IMG/VR virus record: IMGVR_UViG_3300043434_000693
Span: 1 to 64,000 of that record
Strand: one strand, 5' to 3'
Length of the DNA: 64,000 bases
DNA from: a virus
Part shown: in pieces, positions 20,901 to 29,700 of the stretch
Position numbering within the stretch: position 1 is the stretch's first letter
Layout: every line of letters begins with the position of its first letter
The notes under the pieces: generated by a model
The model's input: the letters and a program-made list of their open reading frames with translations, nothing else
The model's database searches: none
Told to the model about the DNA's origin: nothing
Program-made: the position numbers and the translations under genes

Positions 20901-21674
20901 ACAGATCCATAGTTCAGCACCGTATTTTACAATGTCGTTAATTTTGTATCTTGTAGTAGGAGCCCAATCTTGTTTGAATTCAATACCTTTATTGAAATAA
21001 TCCCACTTGAGTTGATCGGCTTCTAACCCAAGAGCACCGGTCGATGCCGAAGTGTGGCCAACGTTACAAACATATAACTGTCCACCGTACTTAACAACAT
21101 CATTAATTCTATATCGAGTATCAACAGTCCATTCACCCGTCCAGTTGAAATTTTCTCCGTAAATATCCCAATCTAAAAGATTGTCTTCAAGACCTAGAGT
21201 CAATGTAGCAGCAGAAGTATGATCATTATTACAAATATAAAGTTGACCGCCATATTTGACAACATCATTAATTTTATATCGGGTACTTACATCCCAGTCA
21301 GTTTTCCAATCAAAACCTTCTGCAAATAAATCCCATTTTAACGAATCTGTTTCTAAACCTAATGTTGTAGTTGCAGCCGAGGTATGACTATCGTTACATA
21401 GATATATGTTTCCGCCATATTTAACTAAGTCGTTTAACTTATAAAATGTCGAAGTGTTCCAGTCCCCTTTCCACTCTGTCCCGTCGGATACTAAATTCCA
21501 TCGTGTTGGAATATTATCCAAGTCAGTATAAAAGTCGCCTGCACTTGTATGTCCGATTACGCAAACATAAGTTTTGCCGCCATTTCTAACGACATCATCT
21601 TTAAGATAAGTTGTTGTCGGTGCCCAAACGTTTTTCCAAATAAAACGTATTCTACCTAATTTAAATTCTGCCAT
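14922..21674 (-). CDS. Giant fibre protein (~2250 aa): 8 CBM5/12-like repeats, beta-helix region, 4 CxRD helical repeats, beta-propeller
   Basis: Start MAEFK at 21674 (GGAG RBS). W..W...T.Y..ND.VKYGG..Y.C...HTS repeats; YYVATSGTDG motif; W.S.A.G.G.FVAV propeller repeats. Paralog of 21726-25994. Confidence 0.75.
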   Translation of the reverse strand: MAEFKLGRIRFIWKNVWAPTTTYLKDDVVRNGGKTYVCVIGHTSAGDFYTDLDNIPTRWNLVSDGTEWKGDWNTSTFYKLNDLVKYGGNIYLCNDSHTSAATTTLGLETDSLKWDLFAEGFDWKTDWDVSTRYKINDVVKYGGQLYICNNDHTSAATLTLGLEDNLLDWDIYGENFNWTGEWTVDTRYRINDVVKYGGQLYVCNVGHTSASTGALGLEADQLKWDYFNKGIEFKQDWAPTTRYKINDIVKYGAELWICTTYHTSGASFDETKWYLFVEGLEFENSWDNATVYQPGDVVTYGGYAYISKTNHTNQVPTSNSDDWDLFTTGFKFQNDWSGATAYKVGDVVRVNGYTYVAIADGTNHEPPDLTYWSRLNSGIEWQNTWAGTTAYQLGDTVKYGSNSYICINPHTSSVPSRPDNDTVGTYWNLVAAGNEVDVLTTQGDLVYFGGAGPTRLPIGADGQVLTVNNDTPEWKYFGVIEQVYYVATSGTDGPAPQYGITLDQPWKTVRYAAQQIEKGAKNPVAKNLLINNRIFIQKEVIGWIDAQIVLGTGIWSGFTYNSTKCERDVGYVIDALIYDISHSGNIKTREAALAYVNGSYTLLGTQDDQDVAGYNYMLDVIEAVLTNVAPSTVYNVDVTQYTGSQDAETGVITEITGLVGIINAAITAGNSSGIPAALSVNYTIFVKTGTFYETLPIIVPANTAIVGDELRSTNIRPAGNLISLDDKSKSVEAYQYIQSITADIISGTAITPMSSATQNTNVVAGSVGSSTAVTSIINNTNEIIDIVDNGLGSVNAFVTPDPTGYDTGYFNARRLLNANKSFLVAEISAWINAQIAANASPFIGFVYGGAGQIACERDVGYIVDALSYDLTYGGNLETLVAATSYYSLGTFVETGEKDQALAVQVYLKSIIDDIVTGVSVPASAGNSVSQDVSGTPGSAGAATFAQARVQDIYDTINTGTAPSTIAPDTSWVSASLLAAYTALQAKKTEIQSDCVQFVKANYPTLVFDQTICSRDVGYIVDALGYDLMFGSNFRSIKSGMSYHRDLPSLQVVMTDQLTAHLDMLNFLKYKAKYIAASGAEALADALWNDILSYMNGGNQPPVAGTNYEVNNNDIIVGAYNLLLNKDFLAEEAVAYINDAYPAYSGTYNEDVCKRDAVELIEALAYDLIYTGNYKSVLATRYYRNAYNVSGSIEEDMFYVRNGTGLRNMTIQGLTGTLGPVNSYGTKRPTAGSFVSLDPGFGPNHIEAWITNRSPYVQNVTTFGTACIGLKVDGALHNGGNDSVVANDFTQILSDGIGAWVTNLGRAELVSVFSYYGHIGYLAENGGKIRATNGNSSYGTYGCVSEGVDPTEEAITASVNNRAVDALIGNVVTSGSSIYRLEYSNAGINYNSATFTINGSGLNATAIADEFRDDAVFEVRLTDTGSGTGGENYVTASNVAQAGTTTAITLAATDNAISTAYVGMRILIISGTGVGQYGYVQSYNAGSKIAQIRKESDGTAGWDHVVPGTPIVTNLDLTTSYIIEPRVTLTAPAYAATAQTQVNQAWSDVEYGDVNTTFANVLATGGIGTNGRFAVVKTGIAYSITLYNGGTGFEIGDVLTLAGTDVGGASPLNDVSITVTNVSLTGVITNFSYTGQAAGGKFVAVSSTGNASQYSVNGTTWTSGGALPSGTWNSLAYGKVSGTGTWVAVSNGSTATAKTTDGGAIWTSGGALTTSSNWTDVAAGNGYFVAISNNATTTNVSSDGGANWIAGGALPAGTWTSVAYGPGIWVAVGTNVAASSANNGTLWTVRTIASASWQSVTWGNGRFVAVATGGTSTAYSLDGITWYAGGALTASASWNKVSYGQGIFAAVATGSTDVINTSEDGLIWTSRSLSGSAAWKSVAFGNPNSNPIWAVITTGTTTANSVVTGATAKARCKVVDNKVTEFRIVEPGSGYTSAPTLTLTDPNNTSEATWTVRTGNGVLANPTFTNRGSQYATSTATVDGNGTADIYQTGSYLYVKDLSANPVPGSNIQFDGDPNYYKLVTVTNFVGSGPYTARFQISPPMEVADSPAHNTDLTIKIKYSQVRLTGHDFLEIGTGNFASTNYPGIPAILPIPENETIESGGGRVFYTSTDQDGNFRVGTLFSVEQATGVATLNADAFNIAGLNELTLGAVALGGSGATITEFSTDPFFTADSDSIIPTQRAIKAYISSQIGGGGSSLNVNTLTAGVVYVAGDYITTTTGVQINVLSKMNFTAGIDGSPVAMSLFLQG
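20390..21640 (-). repeat. Eight ~50-aa carbohydrate-binding-module (CBM5/12-like) repeats
   Basis: e.g. WNTSTFYKLNDLVKYGGNIYLC, WDVSTRYKINDVVKYGGQLYIC, WTVDTRYRINDVVKYGGQLYVC. Boundaries approximate. Confidence 0.75.
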
Positions 21675-21701
21675 CAAAATCTCCAGATTTTTCAGTTTTT
21701 G

Positions 21702-21709
21702 TATTTATT
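21702..21709 (-). promoter_or_regulatory. Late promoter box AATAAATA
   Basis: Intergenic, upstream of the 21674 start. Confidence 0.65.
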
Positions 21710-21725
21710 CGTTTATAATAAACCA

Positions 21726-24700
21726 TTAATCCATCTCGTGCGTATTAAAACTTTGTGCAAAGTACGACATCATTAGCATTGTGCCATCTATATTGCCTTT
21801 TACATTTACTTTTTCTAACATATTAACTTGTTGATTAGTAGATGTATCAATTTTTTGAGGACCAATTCTTACAATACCAGCTGTTAACTGCCCAGTTTGC
21901 GCATCTGCACCACCGCCCGAAATTCTTCTTGCAATATATGCTTTGATTGCTCGTTGAGTAGGAACTACATTATTCGAATCGGCTGTAAATGTTGAGTCTG
22001 TGGAAAATTCTCGTATAACTACTGATGAACCACCAATTGCAACACCGCCTAGACTTAATTCTTCAAGGCCCGATAATTCAAAGAAGTCTGCTGAAATTGT
22101 AACGGTGCCTGTTGCTTGCTCTACTTTGAATAGCTCGCCGCATCGGAAGTTACCGTCTTGGTCTGTACTTGTATAGAACACACGACCACCACCACGTTCG
22201 TATACTTCGTTTTCAGGTGCTTTTAAAAGATCATTTACGGTAGGATAATTTGTATCTACAAAATTACCTGTGCCGATATCTAAGAAGTCATGACCTGTTA
22301 ATCGAACTTGACTGTATTTTTCTCTTATAGTAAGTGCAGTACTATGCACTGGACTGTTAATAACTTTTAGTTCAGGACTTATTCTAAATTGTGCAGATCC
22401 ACTGCCTAAATCTTCGATTGTTACAATTTTGTAGATAACATTAGTAATGCCATCAATTGTTAAATTTGCTCCAGGACCGGGCAATCTATTTAGATTTGAT
22501 ACTTTTAAAAATTTTCCAACTTGATATATGTCTGCATATCCGTCACCGGTAATAGTACAAGTAGTTGTAGATGTTTGATATCCAGTTCCTCTGTTGTTAA
22601 ATGTTGGTTGTGGTAACACACCGTCACTAATACGACTTCTTAAAATTGCATCTGAAGTATTATTTGGATCTGTTATTGTAATTAACGGTGCTGCTTGATA
22701 AAACATTCCACCAGTAACTTCAGTTAATGTCACCGGAGTTGTACTTCCTTGAGTAGCACTTACTTTAAAAGACGTTCCGGAAACAATTGAACCAGCAATA
22801 ATATAATATGGTGTATTAGCTAATAATCCAGAAGTATCTGCATTGATAAATTCAATCGGTTGATTATCTATTAATCCATCAGTTAGAGAAACTTCGATTA
22901 AATTCGATCCTGATCTAGTTGCACTAACTGCTGCGTAAGGATAATTCGCACCCGGATCCCAAATTTTAACACTATCGATTCTGCCAGAAGCAACGACTAC
23001 TCGACCAAGTGCTCTAATTCCCCCAACTGTTCCAGGATCAGAAAATTCTATTCTCGGTTCGATATTGTAATAGGTAGTTGTGTCTAATAAACTTTCAATA
23101 GAATGACCGACTACTACATGATCCCATCCAGGAGTATCATCGCTTTCTTTATAAACAGTTATAACTTTTGAGACGTCGTCGTATGCTTGAATATACCCGT
23201 ATTGGCCTACTCCGGTACCCGATGTAATGATGATACGCATTCCTTCGTATTCGGTAAATGTGTTTTCGTCGTTTGCAGCAATAGTAATAGTTAAATTGTC
23301 TCCTGCTTGGCAGTTATTTCCTGCTACGAGATATGATCCTCCACCTGCTGAGACATTAGTGCTTGGTTGTAAGCATCTTACTTCTGAAACTGCTCTTGAT
23401 CGCGGAGTTCCGACTACTGCATCTACTCCTACACCTGCACCGGTGATTGAGTAAGTAGCAGTAGTGTAATTACTTCCTGCATTTGCGTATTCAAGTACAA
23501 GTATTTCATCGTTTGCTTGGCCAGCAAATACTGATGCTACTTGGGCTTGCGACGCTCTATTGTTTACGATACCAGTAATTGGGTCCTCGGTAGTGTTTAC
23601 TCCTTCTGAAACACATCCATATGTACCATATGATGAGTTACCGTTTGTAGCACGAATTTTACCACCATTTTCTGCTAGGTATCCTATATGTCCATAATAT
23701 GAGAATACCGAAACAAGTTCAGATAACCCTAAATTAGTAACCCATGCTCCGATACCATCGCTTATTACTTGAGTAAAGTCATTTGCTACAATAGACTTGT
23801 TACCGCCGTTATGTAATCCACCGTCAACTTTTAGTCCAACACACCCAGTACCAAATGTTGTTACATTTTGAACATATGGCGATCTTGTTGTAATCCAAAC
23901 AGCATCGTCGGTTGGTCCGGTGCCCGGATCTAAACTAACAAATGCCCCACCGGATGGGCGACGGGTTCCGTATGCTGTGATTGCTCCTAATGTACCAGTT
24001 AGCCCTTTTAATGTCATGTTTCTAATACCGCACCCATTACGAACATAGAACATGTCATCACCTTCAAAACCAACAGCAGGAACAATTGTTGTACTTCTTA
24101 GTTCATCGCCTACTAATGCTACATCAGCAGGAATTGATATCGGTAATTGTTCTTCAAATATTCCTGTCTTAATGAAAATAGTAGCAGGACCAGTAATGTT
24201 TTCACATGCATATTTGACTGTTCTCCAAGGATAGTTAAGTGTAGTTCCTCGGCCTACTGCATCAACTCCATCTAATGCAACATAATAAACATTGTTAATA
24301 ACACCGAATTCTTCCCAGTTAACAGAACTGGAATCCACTAATAGTACTTGACTGTCAGAGCCGATAGCATATCGATTAACGTCAGTGTCATATGTAACAA
24401 TATCACCTTGGTTAGATAATACATTTCCTGTATCACCTTCGATATATGTTGTCCAATAAGTATTAGATACATCAAGCAACGGAGTGTCGCCTAATGCTGA
24501 TGTATGATCTGCTACGCAAATGTAAGATGTTGCACGATGAGTAACAACATCACCGACTACATAATCTACATCCGGAGCCCAGAAATTTTTCCAATGCATA
24601 CCGGAAACAACTAGTTCCCAAAATAAAGTATTATCGGTTGGATTTTCGTCAATGTTATCAGCAATTGCTGTATAAAGATAACCAAACCTTCTGATAGTGT

Positions 24701-25994
24701 CACCGGTATAGTATTGTACTTCAGCATCCCATTCACCACGGATTCTAAATCCAATTGTTAATAGGTCCCAATCAGAAGTATTCGATGACGGTGCTTTATT
24801 AGTGTTGTGAGTTTTACTGTAGTAGCTATAACCGCCGTATTTAACAACATCGCCAGGTCGATACAATACTGTCGAAATCCATATCGAATCATATTCAAAA
24901 CCGGGTATTAAAGATTCCCATTTTGTAGGGTCAAATACTTCTCCGGAAGCATGATGTGCAGTACACAACCACACAGCAGCGCCATATTTTACAATATCAT
25001 TTAATTTGTATCTTGTATCTTCAGTCCAATATTGCTTAAATTCGACACCGGAACAAACGATTTCCCATTTTAATTGGTCGTTTTCTAAACCAGTTAGTGC
25101 AGTTTCTGAGCTAGTGTGACCTTCGATACATCTATAAACAATACCGCCATATTTAACAATGTCGTTACGACGATATCGATAATCAGTTGTCCAATCTGCT
25201 AGCCATTTTTCAAACAGAGTTAAAACTTCCCATTTGTCGTCGTCTACTTCTAAACCCGCTGCTAAACTTTCATCGCTAGTATGTCCTTCAACACACCTAT
25301 AAACAATACCATTGTATTTTACAATATCATTTACTCGATATCGAGTTGCTAATTCCCAGTCTTCTCTCCAATTATCAATTCTTGCATAACTGGTCCATTT
25401 TAATTGATCTGCTTCTAATCCTGCATCACTTTCAAAAAATATGTTTCCGCCAGATACATATTCATCTTCGTTAACACTCGAAAAACTGACTGAAGTTGTG
25501 GTGCAATTCGAAACAACAAAGGTACCGTTATAAGTTGATGGCGAAACTCCTGTTATAACAATAGTCGACCCGTTAACAAACGGTATTTGTTCCTGTTCTG
25601 CAAAAGTTAACGTAACTAGTGTGCCAGTTGCAACTGCATCGATAATTTGTATATTAAGCTGATTAAATGCAGAAACGTGTGTTGTATTACACAAGTAAAC
25701 GATACCGTTATAACGAACTATATCACCAACGTTATATAATGTTCCGTAATCCCATTGATCTCTCCATGCATAGCCATCGAACCATAAGGTCCACTTTGGT
25801 GCATCTGTATCTGGTTCAGTTGTTGTATCGATATAATATAAATCAGTATAAAAATTAGTATCAGAGGTATGACCTACTAAACAAACATAAGATTTACCAC
25901 CGTATCTAACAATATCATCTTTTGTATAAATTGTACCCGCAGACCAATCTCCTTTCCAGGTAAATCTAATCCTTGCTATTTTAAATTCAGCCAT
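21726..25994 (-). CDS. Large fibre protein (1422 aa) with 8 CBM5/12-like repeats
   Basis: Shares N-terminus MAEFK..RIRF.WK, SPYVQNVTTFG, NDFTQ..SDGIGAW and C-terminal SQVRLTGHDFL..GTG/YTSTDQDGNFR with 14922-21674. Confidence 0.75.
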   Translation of the reverse strand: MAEFKIARIRFTWKGDWSAGTIYTKDDIVRYGGKSYVCLVGHTSDTNFYTDLYYIDTTTEPDTDAPKWTLWFDGYAWRDQWDYGTLYNVGDIVRYNGIVYLCNTTHVSAFNQLNIQIIDAVATGTLVTLTFAEQEQIPFVNGSTIVITGVSPSTYNGTFVVSNCTTTSVSFSSVNEDEYVSGGNIFFESDAGLEADQLKWTSYARIDNWREDWELATRYRVNDIVKYNGIVYRCVEGHTSDESLAAGLEVDDDKWEVLTLFEKWLADWTTDYRYRRNDIVKYGGIVYRCIEGHTSSETALTGLENDQLKWEIVCSGVEFKQYWTEDTRYKLNDIVKYGAAVWLCTAHHASGEVFDPTKWESLIPGFEYDSIWISTVLYRPGDVVKYGGYSYYSKTHNTNKAPSSNTSDWDLLTIGFRIRGEWDAEVQYYTGDTIRRFGYLYTAIADNIDENPTDNTLFWELVVSGMHWKNFWAPDVDYVVGDVVTHRATSYICVADHTSALGDTPLLDVSNTYWTTYIEGDTGNVLSNQGDIVTYDTDVNRYAIGSDSQVLLVDSSSVNWEEFGVINNVYYVALDGVDAVGRGTTLNYPWRTVKYACENITGPATIFIKTGIFEEQLPISIPADVALVGDELRSTTIVPAVGFEGDDMFYVRNGCGIRNMTLKGLTGTLGAITAYGTRRPSGGAFVSLDPGTGPTDDAVWITTRSPYVQNVTTFGTGCVGLKVDGGLHNGGNKSIVANDFTQVISDGIGAWVTNLGLSELVSVFSYYGHIGYLAENGGKIRATNGNSSYGTYGCVSEGVNTTEDPITGIVNNRASQAQVASVFAGQANDEILVLEYANAGSNYTTATYSITGAGVGVDAVVGTPRSRAVSEVRCLQPSTNVSAGGGSYLVAGNNCQAGDNLTITIAANDENTFTEYEGMRIIITSGTGVGQYGYIQAYDDVSKVITVYKESDDTPGWDHVVVGHSIESLLDTTTYYNIEPRIEFSDPGTVGGIRALGRVVVASGRIDSVKIWDPGANYPYAAVSATRSGSNLIEVSLTDGLIDNQPIEFINADTSGLLANTPYYIIAGSIVSGTSFKVSATQGSTTPVTLTEVTGGMFYQAAPLITITDPNNTSDAILRSRISDGVLPQPTFNNRGTGYQTSTTTCTITGDGYADIYQVGKFLKVSNLNRLPGPGANLTIDGITNVIYKIVTIEDLGSGSAQFRISPELKVINSPVHSTALTIREKYSQVRLTGHDFLDIGTGNFVDTNYPTVNDLLKAPENEVYERGGGRVFYTSTDQDGNFRCGELFKVEQATGTVTISADFFELSGLEELSLGGVAIGGSSVVIREFSTDSTFTADSNNVVPTQRAIKAYIARRISGGGADAQTGQLTAGIVRIGPQKIDTSTNQQVNMLEKVNVKGNIDGTMLMMSYFAQSFNTHEMD

Positions 25995-26014
25995 CTTTCA
26001 CCTCAATTTTACTA

Positions 26015-26022
26015 TATTTATA
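26015..26022 (-). promoter_or_regulatory. Late promoter, perfect T4 consensus TATAAATA
   Basis: Contains the stop codon of the upstream gene; 20 nt upstream of the 25994 start. Confidence 0.75.
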
Positions 26023-26377
26023 TGCCAGTTGGATACTGATATTTTGTATTAGTTCTTACTACAAGCTGACCATCTTCGTCGATATAATAATATAAACTTT
26101 TGTCATCCCATCTATATTGTTCATAATTTAAGTTTTCGAACACTAAATTATGATATACATCGCGACCTTCAAAAAAATCAACACCAACTTCAAAATCATT
26201 AAAATTACCTTCCGAAGTTCCTTCGTTGTTTATTTGGAAGGAATCTTCTCGACTTAGTTGGTTGACTCGAGCAAAATAAATTTCACCATCGTCGGTACGT
26301 CTTAATGCATACAAATATCTAGGTTGATCTCCGATTAATTCTTGAGGATCTCGACCGAATACATAATTACTAGCCAT
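26018..26377 (-). CDS. Hypothetical virion protein (119 aa)
   Basis: Clean ORF with AAGGA RBS inside the structural cluster. Confidence 0.6.
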   Translation of the reverse strand: MASNYVFGRDPQELIGDQPRYLYALRRTDDGEIYFARVNQLSREDSFQINNEGTSEGNFNDFEVGVDFFEGRDVYHNLVFENLNYEQYRWDDKSLYYYIDEDGQLVVRTNTKYQYPTGI

Positions 26378-26388
26378 ATTATTTTCCT

Positions 26389-26718
26389 TTATACTATTTC
26401 AGCGTAACTAATAATTGCATCTACGCTGTTTAATGTATCACTTACCATTGTTAATGTAGTTTCTTCAGTTAAAATTAGTTTTTCACCATTAGTAATAACT
26501 TTCGCACTTGTATAAGGACTTATTATTAATTGTTTAATATAATAACCAGTGACTAATGTTGAGTCAGTTACTGTAATATCTACAATTACATCCTCGTCAG
26601 TTGTGTTTGCTAAATTACAACCAATAATAGTAAACCTATTACCAACTGTTGTCTGTAACACATTAATAGGAGTAGTTCCAATATCTTTTTCTACTTTTGT
26701 TCTAAAAAACGTTGCCAT
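26389..26718 (-). CDS. Small virion protein (~110-aa family, copy 2)
   Basis: Likely start MATFFRT at 26718. TIIGCNLAN...EKLIL pattern resembles 36554-36886 (TVIICN...EKMVL). Confidence 0.55.
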   Translation of the reverse strand: MATFFRTKVEKDIGTTPINVLQTTVGNRFTIIGCNLANTTDEDVIVDITVTDSTLVTGYYIKQLIISPYTSAKVITNGEKLILTEETTLTMVSDTLNSVDAIISYAEIV

Positions 26719-26722
26719 AATA

Positions 26723-29700
26723 TTATCCAAAAATTAATGCCGCTGAAATACCAATCTCATTTGCTTGCGGAGTTGTTACACCACTTGTAGTTCCCGCAAC
26801 ACTGCCCCAAGATACGCCGTTGTATACTTCAACTAAATCTTGATCTATATTAAATCGAATCATGCCTGTTTCAGGAACAGCAGGCCTTTGAAATTCAGTA
26901 TCCCCTGCTGGAATTACTACGCCGTTTACTCCGGCAATTTTTATATATCCTGAACCTAATTCTTCAAAAACTGTAATAGCACCGGATACTGTGTTAGTTA
27001 TAGTGTTATTTCTAATTCTTAAATTACCAATTTTAACGCCACCGGTTCCTGCTGTTGTTAAATTAATATCAGTATTAGGAGATATTGTTGTAATGGTATT
27101 ACCATTTAAATCTAACTGTGTTGTTTGTAACCGTTGTGTAAACAGTTTAGTACTATCAATTGTAGCGGTTAGATTATTGTTAGCATAAAAATACAAGGTA
27201 TTATCATTTGCACCAGGAGTTGCTTCTGCTAATATTCTAGTGTTACCGCTATTATCAATAACTCCGCTTAATTGTAACCAGTATCCGTTATTATAACCTT
27301 CATACCTTGAAAGAGATGTATTAAATCGGATCATACCGTTAGTCGGAGATAACGGTCTTTCAGCTGTTGTTCCAACCGGAATGATTAAACTTTGATTGCT
27401 GTTAACAATTACACTACCAGTACCTTGCGGTGTTAGAACTATATTCGAATTTGTCGAAACACTTTTAATATAATTGTTGTCAAATTTGATACCTTCTACA
27501 ATTACGTTGCCTGCACCGTTAGCAATCAGCTCAAGATCTGTATCTGTAGTAGTTGTAGAAATTACATTATTTTCAATTCTAATATTCGGTAACTGTACAT
27601 AACCAGTACCGATAATATTTCCAGTTATCTCCGCAGTACCGCTAGTTGTAAAATTCCCTGTTTGGTTATAATCTCCGATATGTGTAATAGTACCGATTAC
27701 ACTTATGTTCTTTAAATAAGATGTTCCGGTAGTAACTGTTAAATCGGTAGTAACTGTTAAATTTTGATCAATTTCAACATCACTTTCGGGAATATAAATT
27801 CTTCCAGTTCCATTTGCTATTAGTATTAAATCATCATTAGAATTAGTTGTACTAATTGTGTTAGAATCAATGACTAAGTTGTCTATTTCAATTCGACTTA
27901 AAAATGCTGTGTTCCATCGTAATAAATCGGAACCTAAATTATATAAACTAGTAGTAGCAGGAATTAGATCACTATTAATACTACCGATAAAATCAATATC
28001 GTCAGCAGAATTATCACCGATTTGTATATTTCCACCGATAGTAACATCACCGGTTACATCTAAATTGCCGGTAATATACGTATCATTTTGTAAATTAATT
28101 ACTCCGCTAGCCGCAGTAATATTAACATCTCCAGTAAGAGAATCAATATTGTTATCATATATCCTTATGTTGCCAGTTGTAATATCTTCCGCTGTTACGA
28201 TTGTAGTATGAACACCGTCAGTAAACGTTACTCCTGTTAAACTAGTAACACTTAAACTTTGATTGTTAAATATTACTTCTCCAGTTTTTTGGTTTACGTA
28301 AAAATTATCACCAACTTTAAAATTACCTTCGTTATCAACACTGGTATAATAGATTTTTGCATCGTTTAATTCTATTATTTCGTTAGCATCGATTCTATCA
28401 TTAGGATCGTTAGTTGTTAATTTTCCTGCACCTACATATGCAAAGTTTTGAGAAATTAAATATGCAATTACACCCGGACCGTCTCCGTAAACTCCGTAAT
28501 TACCGTATATACAAGCTGACCCTATGCTTCGTATTTCAGCACCAAAATCTGAATAATCAGCAAAATTGATTAGTGTTCCTGTTCCGCCTGCACTAGTTCT
28601 TAAATCTTGTAATGTAATACCATCATCTAAGATTACTGTAGAATTGTTTGATCCGTTAAAATGTAATAGTAAAACTGTGCTTAAATCGCCGGTAAGTGCT
28701 ATACTCGATGGTGTAAATGTTGACGAATATCGACTAACACCTTTTGATACTCTTAAATCATCAATGTAACCAGTAAAATATAAATTGAATCCTGCATTAC
28801 CACCGATCGTAAAATTCGTTGAACTTGCACTGGTCATTGCACCAGAATACGTTAATGTTGATCCTGATTGGACACCATTTATCCACAATTTAAAGTCGTC
28901 GTTTTCTCTAGTTAATGCAATATGTGTCCATGTATTTTGTGAAATGACACCGCCCGCTAGAGTTCCAAATGTACCCATTGAGTACAAATAAGTAACTCCA
29001 CTAGTGCTAGTTAAGTAAAGTCCGCAGCTAGTATTTCCTGCTCCAGCTTTAGATTGTCCTGCAATAAAAGAATATTGAGCTTCTGTAGGTATAGCTGTTG
29101 GATATATCCAACATTCTATTGTAAAATCGTCATTTTCAAAATTAAAATCTGGCTGTGGGGATATCGAAACATAACTGTTAACGCCGTCAACTGATAAACT
29201 AGTTGGACCAAACTTTTGAGCAGTAGTTGATAACTTAGCATTGCCGTTTGCATATGCTGTTTTTCCGGCACGGTCGGTAATCGTTTCGAATCCCAAACAA
29301 CGACCTGTTAAATTTACAAAATTACTGTCAATGCTATCGATAACACCGCTTGCTAAAACAGTTACACCATCAGTATCATAATAACTTAGAGTATTACCTA
29401 CATTCCAGGTTCCGACTCGATTATCAATTCTTAATCTAGTTTTACCTTGTTGTGCGAATCCGTAGTTACTAGAAAATGCATAAATTCCTCGATTAGCATA
29501 ATATGTAAACGAGTTTAACCATTCTATTCTAACACCGTTCTTAGCAGTAATTGTATCCACATTCGGTGTAATTAATGTAACCGAATGGAAGAGCATAGAT
29601 GCTTCTTTAGATGCAGAATTAGCATATGCTCCGTCTATATATGCTCCTTTACCTGCGTCTCCTTCGTCAAAACCTAAAGGATCGGAAGGGCTAGTAACGC

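Noticed and set aside
20390-25960. Regularly spaced repeats that could suggest a CRISPR-like array
   Set aside because: The repeats are degenerate at DNA level, in frame and protein-coding (CBM-like); there is no constant repeat with unique spacers.
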